This document shows positions 19,986 to 29,209 of a stretch of DNA of 64,000 nucleotides, piece after piece. Location: the NCBI GenBank assembly GCA_032372955.1, contig GCA_032372955.1_4725.1. One strand, written 5' to 3'. The DNA comes from Escherichia coli. GTDB taxonomy: Bacteria; Pseudomonadota; Gammaproteobacteria; Enterobacterales; Enterobacteriaceae. The first letter of the stretch is position 1; each line of letters opens with the position of its first letter. Under the pieces are notes generated by a model. The model worked only from the letters and a program-made list of their open reading frames with translations, did no database searches and was not told where the DNA came from. The translations under genes and the position numbers were made by a program.

Positions 19986-21422
19986 ATGCCCTCCATGCCA
20001 ATATGTGATACCGCGTTCGAACCGTGGGATGGTACGCACGCTTATCGCATTGACGGTTATGCTGAACCGTTATATGACCTGGAATTAGGATGGGCATGTA
20101 TTAATGAATCTGGCCATACCGTGTTGGTGATCACCTCCGACAATATGTTCCAGTACATTCCTGGTAGGGTTGAGGACGGCAATACATTCAGGATCGTACG
20201 ACGTTCAAAATTTCGTAGTCCTGTAATAGTTGACAGCCATGACGTATCTAATGCGAATGGTGCATTCAGAAACTTCGTCTACGCGGGTAGACGTCGGGAT
20301 ATACTCCGTGTTAAAAACGGCACAGGTTACGCGATAAGGAAACCGCATATCCGTCGTATTGTTAACACAGAGAAAATGCCGCGTCTACTAGACCAGCAAG
20401 ACTGGTACGATACGCTGGATGAAATATGTCAAATTGACCTCAACACGTTGAACTTTAATCAACCCGCATATGTCGCGCAAATCAACGTGGCAATCGTAAA
20501 AGTTAAAGGAGAATACAAAAGCGCAGACCACGTTACGAAAGGGATTGATCACCCCTACATCGCAACGTGCGCGCGGAGCTTGACGGGAAAAACAGAGGGT
20601 TTCCGAATTCTCGGAACGCAACTCACTATCCATTGGACGCCACCCGACTTTCATAATCCGTATAGCTTATGGGTTAACGTGTTAGGGAAAGCGTTCGAAA
20701 TAAAACCAACGAATGGAGCAGGCGCGCCAGGTATGTTGGTTACCTTCGGGAATAATGACTCCATCTTCGTACCGGTCGAAGATTTGGAAAAAGAGATGTG
20801 GAAGTACAATGTTTTTCCGACACGTGAATCGGCATTGCATTGGCGCGACCCCGTCCAAAAAGAAGCCTACAAAAATGATTTCGACCAACGTAGCTACGAA
20901 CGTAAGGCATCGGAAGAAACCCTTAAAGGGGTGATGGCTGAAATGCGACGTATGGCGGATGAACACAAGGCAGTTATCGCACAGATGCATGAGGCGCATC
21001 GCGCCGACGCAAAGCTGCGCGATGAACAACATAAAGCCGAACTCGATCAGCTTAAAGACGAACAAAAACGTAGGATGGAACAACACCAAGCCGAAATGAA
21101 ACGTCAAGATGATCTACGTAAACAAATACACGAAGATTATCAAGCTGATTTAAAACGTCGTGATGATGAGGCTAAACGCAAACATGAAGAATTCGTCGCT
21201 GAACTTCGTCGTCGAGATGAAGAATCCAAACGTAAGCACGACGAGTTTGCTGCTGAGATACGCCGACGTGATGAAGAGGCAAAAAGACAACGTGAAGCGG
21301 AAGAAGCGCGACGTCAACGTAACGTCGATGTTTGGAAAGCCGCTGCGAGTATAACTGCGGCCGTTGTCGGTATAGGTATGACCTTTTTCAAGATTCTTGA
21401 GAAGGCGTCATCGAAAAAGTAA
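19986..21422 (+). CDS. hypothetical protein with a charged 18-aa tandem repeat and a C-terminal transmembrane anchor
   Basis: ATG 19986 lies 6 nt after GGAGG; the track start is TTG 19980. There are three 54-nt repeats at 21150-21311 (RRDDEAKRKHEEFVAE-like). The C-terminus is hydrophobic: AAASITAAVVGIGMTFFKIL. Confidence 0.6.
   Translation: MPSMPICDTAFEPWDGTHAYRIDGYAEPLYDLELGWACINESGHTVLVITSDNMFQYIPGRVEDGNTFRIVRRSKFRSPVIVDSHDVSNANGAFRNFVYAGRRRDILRVKNGTGYAIRKPHIRRIVNTEKMPRLLDQQDWYDTLDEICQIDLNTLNFNQPAYVAQINVAIVKVKGEYKSADHVTKGIDHPYIATCARSLTGKTEGFRILGTQLTIHWTPPDFHNPYSLWVNVLGKAFEIKPTNGAGAPGMLVTFGNNDSIFVPVEDLEKEMWKYNVFPTRESALHWRDPVQKEAYKNDFDQRSYERKASEETLKGVMAEMRRMADEHKAVIAQMHEAHRADAKLRDEQHKAELDQLKDEQKRRMEQHQAEMKRQDDLRKQIHEDYQADLKRRDDEAKRKHEEFVAELRRRDEESKRKHDEFAAEIRRRDEEAKRQREAEEARRQRNVDVWKAAASITAAVVGIGMTFFKILEKASSKK
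21150..21311 (+). repeat. three tandem 54-nt coding repeats (charged 18-aa unit)
   Basis: LKRRDDEAKRKHEEFVAE / LRRRDEESKRKHDEFAAE / IRRRDEEAKRQREAEEAR. Confidence 0.75.
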
Positions 21423-21461
21423 CTTTAATCTGCTTAAGCAACTTTCTGAAAGGAGTGTGTG

Positions 21462-23258
21462 ATGGATCCTAGATTCTGCAAAGCTGTCGCTGAGCTTGCA
21501 CCGAAGATGAACGAGAAGATAGCACGCAACATCGTCGTCGATAAGATGCAAGATGTTGAGTCCTATGTTGATCGTCTTTGGCGGAACAGCAAAGATAGTT
21601 TACCTAAGGATCTGGTGTATCATGGCCTGCGTCGCTGCATGGCCCGCGAACAGTTCCACTACTTAAGCGGAGGAAAGAAAACCAAAGGGAAGGATAGCGG
21701 TAAGCTGACCTTCGACCTTGCGCCTTCCGATGTGTTTATGGTGATGCTGGAATTCCGCTGGTACGGCGCAATGGAATCAGGTGACCGTCGTGAACCAGGA
21801 AAGGACTACTGCATTATCCGACACCCTCTCCTATTGCCCGCGGTAGGTCAGGGTGGTAAAATGCGTCTACGTGGTGCGAACTTCATTCTCAGTGCGGTGC
21901 TCGCTGACCCTGTAATCAGTTACACGAAAGACATGGCGTTCATCATGCTTCCGCGTGACAAAATCACGGTTAAACGTACACCGTATCAGTTCCTGAGCAA
22001 TGATACACCGACCGGTATCGATTATCGTCATTACCTATCATTACCCTGGTCGCAAATCTATCATCTTACCAAACAAAGTAAAGTGAACGGTGACAACATC
22101 AACCACACCAGCGTAACCACACTGGGTCACTATCTCTTTGCGAAGTATGGGGTGGGTGAGTGTTTCCGACGTTTTGCAGGCGTCGAAGCCGTAACCGGAC
22201 GGAACCTTGCTGAACGTGATTTTCCGCGCGACCAATGGGTAATCTATCGCACCATGGGGGTTATTCCTAAAGGCTTTAGTATCAGCAAAAGCGGTAAAAG
22301 CCGTAGCGCTAGCGCTGTACGTTACAAGCATCCTGATATTCAAATTGCCGTAAGACGTGGAGGCACGGAACGTATTGTTCTTGGCCTTGTCGGCGCATTC
22401 TTGTATCTCATCGACCGTTATTACGATCGTTTTCCGGAAGACTATCCGGTTGAAGAGTTCGCGAATGCGCCAGACCATTGGCGTACATTACTCGGTTTGA
22501 TTATCTTTAATAACAACAATGCAGATGCGCGTTTGTTGCGTGATGTAAACCACCACATCGACAGTCTCGATCTTTACGTTGACGAGATTCAGCAGAAGAA
22601 GTTCAAACAGGAAAATATTCCTTGCGATGACTTCTACGAATTTATGGCGTATCTGATTGACAATGTTACTATCGAAATGAGTCGTGTTGATACCACGACG
22701 ATGTTCGGTAAGGAATTGATGGTGTTGGAATATGTCATGGAGGATGTGCGTAAGAGCATCTTTAAACTGGGGTTCCATCTTAAAACCACAGAACGTGGTA
22801 AACGACAGAACAACCGTAAAGAGATGACCAATCGCGATGTACAGAAGGCGTTGCGAAATCAAGTTGCGACGGAAGCGATTCTCAATATCCAGAGCAATCG
22901 TGATAAGCGTGAGAAAGTGGCAACATCGATTCAGTCACCTGGTGATTGCATGCTGTTCAAAGTGAGCACGCATGTTGTTCTCCAGAGCCAAAATGCAGGC
23001 GGTGCTGCATTGGCTGACGAGAGTCGTTTGGTTAGTGGTTCCATCCCGTTCTGTGCAAGCTATCTGAATCTTCCACACTCCGAACCAACCGGACGTCAGA
23101 AGTTCAGTATGTACGCACCTATCGACGAACGTGGTCGGTTAATCATTACCCCACAAATTGCAAATGACGTTGCAGCAACCAATGCAGGCTTGAAGAAAGA
23201 CGTCGGTCGATTCGATGAAGAAATTGTAGAAATTAACGATCACGACATAATCGATTGA
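21462..23258 (+). CDS. hypothetical protein (598 aa)
   Basis: AGGAG 6 nt upstream of ATG 21462. Long ORF with no motif I can assign. Confidence 0.6.
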   Translation: MDPRFCKAVAELAPKMNEKIARNIVVDKMQDVESYVDRLWRNSKDSLPKDLVYHGLRRCMAREQFHYLSGGKKTKGKDSGKLTFDLAPSDVFMVMLEFRWYGAMESGDRREPGKDYCIIRHPLLLPAVGQGGKMRLRGANFILSAVLADPVISYTKDMAFIMLPRDKITVKRTPYQFLSNDTPTGIDYRHYLSLPWSQIYHLTKQSKVNGDNINHTSVTTLGHYLFAKYGVGECFRRFAGVEAVTGRNLAERDFPRDQWVIYRTMGVIPKGFSISKSGKSRSASAVRYKHPDIQIAVRRGGTERIVLGLVGAFLYLIDRYYDRFPEDYPVEEFANAPDHWRTLLGLIIFNNNNADARLLRDVNHHIDSLDLYVDEIQQKKFKQENIPCDDFYEFMAYLIDNVTIEMSRVDTTTMFGKELMVLEYVMEDVRKSIFKLGFHLKTTERGKRQNNRKEMTNRDVQKALRNQVATEAILNIQSNRDKREKVATSIQSPGDCMLFKVSTHVVLQSQNAGGAALADESRLVSGSIPFCASYLNLPHSEPTGRQKFSMYAPIDERGRLIITPQIANDVAATNAGLKKDVGRFDEEIVEINDHDIID

Positions 23259-23292
23259 CACATAACCGAATAAATAAAAAGGATCGTAAGAA

Positions 23293-25851
23293 ATGTATAA
23301 TGGCAGTAACAACATGTATCAACAAATGGGCTATAGCGAAAACCCTTATACGAGCACGGTTAATTATGCGGCTGAACAGGTTCGTCAGCAACAGTATCAG
23401 CAATCACCGTACGGCGCATATCCGAATAACGCCTATCAACCACCACAATACCAACAACCCTCATATCAGCAGAACTATAACTTCATCACCCAAGAAGCAA
23501 CGATCGTCAAAATCCGTCAAGCTATCTTTAATGTCCTGAAAGACTTCGCTCAGCAAGACAAAATACAAACCGAGTTCGTCGCACGTTATACCAATAACGA
23601 TATGATGATGGAATCGCTTGTTGAAGACTGTTGTTGGAACGTGTTCTCTTACATCAACCCGATGCCGCAGAACGCGTCCGACGACCAGATCGTCTCTGCT
23701 GCCGTGAGCACAGTTGCGCTGTATCATCTTGTAACGTGGCTCTTTGAACCGAATCAGTACCCGGAATATTATCGCGCGATTGAATTATCACGCATTAACC
23801 CGGAAGCCGCGAATAAGTACACGCAGCTGAATAAAAGCGGGAGCCTGGCACAAATCGCGCAGAAGTCACGTGGTTTGAAGCAGCAGGTGATGCAGATGGG
23901 GATGACTTATCGTGGCCCGCAAGCAAGCGCGATGGTTAGTGGCGGGTACGGTCAACCACAACAGCCAGCGTACGCCATGTATGGTGGAACCTATCCGCAA
24001 CCGCAATACCAGCCTAATCCGGCAGTTATGCGTGGTATGGCTCCAACAACGCCAGGATACGGCGCACAACCTCGGCCGACGGTTGTTCAACCACAAGCGC
24101 CATCGTACATCGATTCGAAGGATTGTGCGTTCAACCGTTTGTATGATGTTGGTGATGACGATCCTATCGTTGATGATGCACCTGCTGCTACAGCGCCGCG
24201 TTACGAGGCACCACAACCACGGATTTACTCGACAAATCCTGAAGGAGATATTGGTGGTATCAACGATATCTTTGCAGCGGCTGAACAGTTTGCTGAACAG
24301 TACGAAGAGCCAGAATGGCATGTTAAGGCTGGGCAGCAGAAACCCGTTCAACCTGAACCTGCGCAGGTGAAACCGGAACCCGTTCGTACGGCTCGTTCTG
24401 CTACGGTAACAAAGACCGTTAATCCAATTGATGCGACCGAAGATGCTAAGCGTTACGGTCGTGTTGTTCAACATGAAGAATTTATGCAGATGCGTCTGAA
24501 AGCCAAAGACTTTGCACCTAATAGTCGTTGGCCGACGTTGTATGACTTCAGACACTTCGCTCGTCGGGCACGTATCGACGAAAACGGAATTCTTCATGAA
24601 ACCATTGTTGACATTACATCCCTCACGGAGGAAGAAGTGGAATACATCGAACTTGAATCAGATCCAACCGCTCGTCGTATGGCAGAGCAGGAAATGGCAA
24701 AACTGGATCGTATCGCGCAAGCAGAAGTTGTTCGTGTTAGCCTTAACAAACCGGTTCAGCGTGAGCCAATCGTTGTCGGTGAGCAGCGCGAAATGAAACT
24801 GTTTACCGTCACCGACGCGATCGCAGCGTCAAGCGTTGAGGATGCTGAAACCAAAGCTGCGGTAGCGATCATCCAGCAGACCAACACCGACGTCAACCAA
24901 AACGACGCATTAGCATTCCTGGCTACCGTCAATTCCTATCTGGGAACCTATACCGACAAAGAGCTAGATGCAATCCATGAATTCCTGGATGCGTTGTCTA
25001 TTGATAAGGGTCGTAGCGACGATATCAAAGCTTATCGTCAGATCATGCAACAGTATCGTGATGTCATTCCTCTGCGTATTTGGCATTTCCTGAACGATAG
25101 CATGACCAAAGACGTTAACAAGCTGATCAAACGTATCGTACCGAAGAACTTCTCTGAAACCACCATCTCTAGCTTCGTTGATGATATCGGAGAACTGTCC
25201 GGTTGGCTGATTCACGATCTTAAAATGGACCAGAAGTTCATTGAAGATGAATTCTCCAATTGCTACTACACCTGGGTCAACATGCTGAAGTGTCTCTACT
25301 GCAATCGCGATGGCGAAGGTCAGTGGAACATTCGTCTTTCCATGGCTGAACTGTACAACATGCATGACTACCTGAAAGCCGCTCACGAAAAATCTGCAGC
25401 GAATCGTGAACGTCATCTGGTTGCCATGAGTGAGTATCGTGCAGAACTGGAGAAAGATGGCTCTCTGGATGCTGACGAAATCGAACGTCGTTTGGCGGAT
25501 GCGGCTATCGAGGATATGCGTGTTAATCCAGACATCGTTACCGACGAAGATAGCAACGATGCTTACTGGTTCAATCACAGCGTATTCGCGATGCGTCCGC
25601 ATGTTGTTGTTCGCGTACCGACCAACGCCAAGATTCTGAAGCTGAACCAGAGCGGTTACACTCACGCATCGGCTGCAACCAACCCAAGCATTGCTCGTAT
25701 GCTGGATCAGGTGTTCAAGACCTTCGAAACCAAAGTAAAAGGTCTGCAATCTGTTACTGTAATTCTGAGCGATGATACTCGTCTGAAAGCAGTACGTACG
25801 GTAAACGGTATTACCGCTTCCGAGTATCTGCTGGAACGTGAAGAGCAGTAA
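23293..25851 (+). CDS. hypothetical protein with Q/Y/P-rich low-complexity segments
   Basis: 852 aa with AAGGA RBS. The N-terminus reads QQYQQSPYGAYPNNAYQPPQYQQPSYQQNY. A second G/Q/P/Y-rich segment lies at about nt 23893-24120. Confidence 0.6.
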   Translation: MYNGSNNMYQQMGYSENPYTSTVNYAAEQVRQQQYQQSPYGAYPNNAYQPPQYQQPSYQQNYNFITQEATIVKIRQAIFNVLKDFAQQDKIQTEFVARYTNNDMMMESLVEDCCWNVFSYINPMPQNASDDQIVSAAVSTVALYHLVTWLFEPNQYPEYYRAIELSRINPEAANKYTQLNKSGSLAQIAQKSRGLKQQVMQMGMTYRGPQASAMVSGGYGQPQQPAYAMYGGTYPQPQYQPNPAVMRGMAPTTPGYGAQPRPTVVQPQAPSYIDSKDCAFNRLYDVGDDDPIVDDAPAATAPRYEAPQPRIYSTNPEGDIGGINDIFAAAEQFAEQYEEPEWHVKAGQQKPVQPEPAQVKPEPVRTARSATVTKTVNPIDATEDAKRYGRVVQHEEFMQMRLKAKDFAPNSRWPTLYDFRHFARRARIDENGILHETIVDITSLTEEEVEYIELESDPTARRMAEQEMAKLDRIAQAEVVRVSLNKPVQREPIVVGEQREMKLFTVTDAIAASSVEDAETKAAVAIIQQTNTDVNQNDALAFLATVNSYLGTYTDKELDAIHEFLDALSIDKGRSDDIKAYRQIMQQYRDVIPLRIWHFLNDSMTKDVNKLIKRIVPKNFSETTISSFVDDIGELSGWLIHDLKMDQKFIEDEFSNCYYTWVNMLKCLYCNRDGEGQWNIRLSMAELYNMHDYLKAAHEKSAANRERHLVAMSEYRAELEKDGSLDADEIERRLADAAIEDMRVNPDIVTDEDSNDAYWFNHSVFAMRPHVVVRVPTNAKILKLNQSGYTHASAATNPSIARMLDQVFKTFETKVKGLQSVTVILSDDTRLKAVRTVNGITASEYLLEREEQ

Positions 25852-25871
25852 TTAACTTATCGTCCGACGGC

Positions 25872-25893
25872 GGGTATTGTATTTGCAATACCC
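25872..25893 (+). terminator. hairpin after gene 23293-25851 (no U-tract)
   Basis: gggtattg-tatttg-caataccc, an 8-bp stem. Confidence 0.35.
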
Positions 25894-25912
25894 TAGTTGA
25901 TAAGGAAACCGT

Positions 25913-26185
25913 ATGAGTCAATATAAACTCATTACCGTCTCTGTGGATGCAAAGGACTTACGCGAAATTACGTTAGCAGCCAACGCAGTTCAACAGGACA
26001 GTGAACTGACGGCATATGAACGTTACCAGCTTTTCCTCTCGATAAGCGACACGGTAGCACGTATGCAACAGAAGTACCAGGTTCAGCTAACCGTAATCGA
26101 CAAAGGCGCTGTGATCCCACCACACCCTAGTTGGCGCGTACTGAGAAGCAAACTCACCACAATTGAATCGTGGTTAACCTCGTAA
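25913..26185 (+). CDS. hypothetical protein
   Basis: 90-aa ORF with AAGGAAA RBS. It is followed by the hairpin at 26206-26240. Confidence 0.5.
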   Translation: MSQYKLITVSVDAKDLREITLAANAVQQDSELTAYERYQLFLSISDTVARMQQKYQVQLTVIDKGAVIPPHPSWRVLRSKLTTIESWLTS

Positions 26186-26205
26186 TAAATTAAATAGCGC
26201 ATAGC

Positions 26206-26264
26206 CCTTCTCCCCTTCCCTCATCGGGTTGGGGAGAAGGTTAACTATGTGTTATTTTTTTTTT
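26206..26264. terminator. conserved Y/R hairpin, copy 5, plus a T10 run (between convergent genes)
   Basis: ccttctccccttccc-tcatc-gggttggggagaagg. CTATG is present on both flanks (26200-26204 minus strand, 26245-26249 plus strand). A T-run lies at 26255-26264. Confidence 0.7.
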
Positions 26265-26272
26265 ACGTCCGT

Positions 26273-29182
26273 TTAGACAATGTCACCTGAAGTATCGTCT
26301 TCTGACGTTGTGTCGGTCGTCGTATCCTCAGATGTGGTTGTTTCTTCTGTTGAGGTTTCCTCCATCGTTTCGGTATCGAAATCGGTATCTCCGAAATCGT
26401 CACCGCCACCGAAGTCATCAGAAGAACCGGTATCGCTACTTGAATCGGATGACCAAGAACCATCAGATGAAACGCTGCCGTCCTGTGCTTGAGCTCCCAT
26501 CTTCTCTTCAATCTTCTTCGTCAGATTCTGAATATACAATGCAAAATCACCCATGCATTTACCCATGACTTCAATATGTTCCATGGACATACGTTTCCAA
26601 TCTTGCACGGCATTCTTCTTATCGTCAAGACTGAAGAGATCAGCCAACTCCTGATTGAAGTTGTTCTCTTTTGCCCACGTACGCATTGCGGTACCAATAA
26701 TGCATGCGCGGATCATCTGCAGTGTTGTTTCATCAACACCGCCCAGACCCATGACGTAATCAGGTGTTAAATAATCATCAAGTTGCGCAGTAATCGCTTC
26801 CTTGTACTGATTATATTCACGTACCTGATCTTCAAGGCGACGAGCATTGCTATCCGGTAAATGCACACTCAGGCTGTTTAAGAACATGGATACATAAGCA
26901 TCGGCAATAACTTCCTGGACTTCTGGTTTAGTGTAATCCAGATCCATTGTTGCTGATTGGTCGTCAATCTCCTGATAAGCGTTAACGTTACGGATAACAC
27001 CGTTTTCGAAATCGCTACCAAAAAGCTGCTGCAATTGTGCCTGGGAGAGCTTAGACATGTTCGCACGAACCGTGTTTCGTAACGACGTCAACAACACGGG
27101 ACTGTATGCCGTGTATTTCTTGATGTGGTCCGATAACCCATTCGTGATCACCTCGCGACAAACCGTGAACTGTTTCTCTTGCATCGCGTTAGCTGTAATC
27201 ACAGAAGCTGCGAATTCAGATTGGTAGGAAGTATCGATAATCTCCGGAGAAACGCCCAAGCCCATGAAATGGTCACGACGGTAACGATCCATCAGCTCAT
27301 TATCAGGAGACTGATAGTTACGCTGCTCAACACTGACGTCTGTATTCAATTTTGGGAAGCGTGGGTTATTCCCCTCAACCTTCAATCGAATCGAGCTTCG
27401 TTCATACGCGTTGATGATATCCATCGGGTTAGTTTCACCCAACGGGAAACCAGACTGGTAGACACGAGCGAAACTATGCAGTGCTTGTTCGACGGTATCG
27501 ACCGGGTTTCTGTCGGTGTCTTCAAGCATTACGCTTAGCGTCGTATAGTTCAACGAACTTTTGATTTTTGCCATCAGTTCTTGAACCATGAGCATGGCTC
27601 GTTGCGACGAGATCATCTTCGTACTTTCAAGCAGCGAACGACCGATACCGTATTTGTTGTATTCATAGGCGATGTAAGTCACCATTTCACGAGGAATAAA
27701 CAAAACACGGGTCTGTTTATGGGCCAAGCTACGAGCAAGCATCGACAGATAAAACGATGATGTCGCACCGATCTCCACCGCACTGCCAAGATAACCGTTG
27801 ACAATACGTTCAACGATGTAGCGTTGCATCAGCGATTCGTACGATGATACGAAGGCCGACATGTCTACCTGATTACATGACGTACCTTGGATCATGTTCT
27901 TGGCTGCACCAATCATCTCGCTCGCCATGCCGTTGCTTGAAGTCCCTGCGATATCTGCAGTGATCTTCGACAACCGACCTTCCAACTGCTTGTAATACGC
28001 CGCATCTTCAACCAAACGTACTGGATAACCAAACTCATCCAACTGAACCAAATACCCGATATGGTTCTCCGGATCACCTGGTGCGTGTACGGGTTCTAAT
28101 GCCTCAGGTGGTACGTGCATCACACCAGGATGACCGACACTTTGACGATCGAGCGTATCTGGGGTTGCCAACGCGTAAACCGGCGATACCTTGGTGTGAC
28201 GCTGGATGTTGAGTTTATTCCAGATCTCGTTAACCTGTTCTTGCGTCAGCTCACGTCGGTTAGCGGTTAGGGTTGGGTCACCTGACAGTGTTACCAAACC
28301 ACTACCACCTAACGTGTTCGCACGTAACGCACGTTGTACCGCGGTCGCTGCTCGACGTTGATGTAGAATAGGCATGCGGAGGATGTCTGGGTTATCGACA
28401 ACCGTAACCATATCCGGAATATCGATCTTCGCTTCAATGAATTTACCGTCCTTATCACGAAGCAGGGTATTGGTAAACTTAATGCTGTCTATGCGAACAA
28501 CAGGATCGTACGGTATGGTTTCATTAACGCCTGAGAAATAATCTTCCATCGAAACCGTCGCAGGTAATTGATTTTCGTGGCGTTTGCGACTGTCGTTACC
28601 TAGAAGCCCCCAACTTGCAAAATGGTTGTCTTTAAATCCGTATTCTTCAAGTTTCAGTTGACCGTTACCATTAATGGCGCGGTCGAGCGTGCTTTCTGGC
28701 AGAACAACGAAGTTATAACTGCCCTTGATAAAGAAGACGTCTTCGATGATACGAGGGATAAGCGTCTTTATTTTATAGATATTCTTAAAATGCGTGTCGA
28801 TGGTATCGATCATCGGCTGAACGATTTCTGCGACTCTGCCGGGGAAATCTTCGCTGTCGATAAACATCTCGACCGTCTTAAGATCGTTAGGGTTCGTCAA
28901 CGCGGCAACATAGATCTGCATCACGCGTTTAAGTTCAGGGAACAACTCGAGGATGTTTTTATTATCCTCGATGTTTGTCGCGGTCGCACGCGTAACCGTG
29001 TTCATCGTCATTTGGTCGGGAACAACTAACCCGAAACGACCGCTCGCTCCTTCCGCATCACGTGTATTATAAAGACGTGACTGCGGAGCAGGAGCGACAA
29101 ATTTGTTCATGAGTGCCTTCGCAACGTCATTATTACTCATTTGACGTTCGAGGGCGACGCGCCCTTTATTTATATCGTTCAT
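26273..29182 (-). CDS. possible portal protein (by size and context only)
   Basis: 969 aa with AAGGAG 9 nt upstream. It lies near the capsid gene and has no ATPase motifs. The C-terminal ~75 aa are almost entirely S/T/D/E/G. I could not verify any portal motif. Confidence 0.4.
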   Translation of the reverse strand: MNDINKGRVALERQMSNNDVAKALMNKFVAPAPQSRLYNTRDAEGASGRFGLVVPDQMTMNTVTRATATNIEDNKNILELFPELKRVMQIYVAALTNPNDLKTVEMFIDSEDFPGRVAEIVQPMIDTIDTHFKNIYKIKTLIPRIIEDVFFIKGSYNFVVLPESTLDRAINGNGQLKLEEYGFKDNHFASWGLLGNDSRKRHENQLPATVSMEDYFSGVNETIPYDPVVRIDSIKFTNTLLRDKDGKFIEAKIDIPDMVTVVDNPDILRMPILHQRRAATAVQRALRANTLGGSGLVTLSGDPTLTANRRELTQEQVNEIWNKLNIQRHTKVSPVYALATPDTLDRQSVGHPGVMHVPPEALEPVHAPGDPENHIGYLVQLDEFGYPVRLVEDAAYYKQLEGRLSKITADIAGTSSNGMASEMIGAAKNMIQGTSCNQVDMSAFVSSYESLMQRYIVERIVNGYLGSAVEIGATSSFYLSMLARSLAHKQTRVLFIPREMVTYIAYEYNKYGIGRSLLESTKMISSQRAMLMVQELMAKIKSSLNYTTLSVMLEDTDRNPVDTVEQALHSFARVYQSGFPLGETNPMDIINAYERSSIRLKVEGNNPRFPKLNTDVSVEQRNYQSPDNELMDRYRRDHFMGLGVSPEIIDTSYQSEFAASVITANAMQEKQFTVCREVITNGLSDHIKKYTAYSPVLLTSLRNTVRANMSKLSQAQLQQLFGSDFENGVIRNVNAYQEIDDQSATMDLDYTKPEVQEVIADAYVSMFLNSLSVHLPDSNARRLEDQVREYNQYKEAITAQLDDYLTPDYVMGLGGVDETTLQMIRACIIGTAMRTWAKENNFNQELADLFSLDDKKNAVQDWKRMSMEHIEVMGKCMGDFALYIQNLTKKIEEKMGAQAQDGSVSSDGSWSSDSSSDTGSSDDFGGGDDFGDTDFDTETMEETSTEETTTSEDTTTDTTSEDDTSGDIV

Positions 29183-29209
29183 TTACACTGGCTCCTTGGA
29201 GGACCGATC

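Noticed and set aside
21462-23258. The 598-aa protein as an RNA polymerase beta/beta'-like fragment or a phage-nucleus shell protein (the size is similar to both in phiKZ-like phages).
   Set aside because: I could not find any diagnostic motif (for example NADFDGD or beta-subunit signature blocks), and I cannot recall shell-protein sequences well enough to match. Size alone is not evidence.
23866-25749. Antisense ORFs 23866-24597 (243 aa) and 24964-25749 (261 aa) opposite the 852-aa gene. Similar cases are 15848-16270 opposite the helicase-like gene and 36045-36536 opposite gene 35352-36632.
   Set aside because: They are shorter than the sense ORFs and have no RBS. The sense ORFs have proper initiation regions and fit the operon structure.
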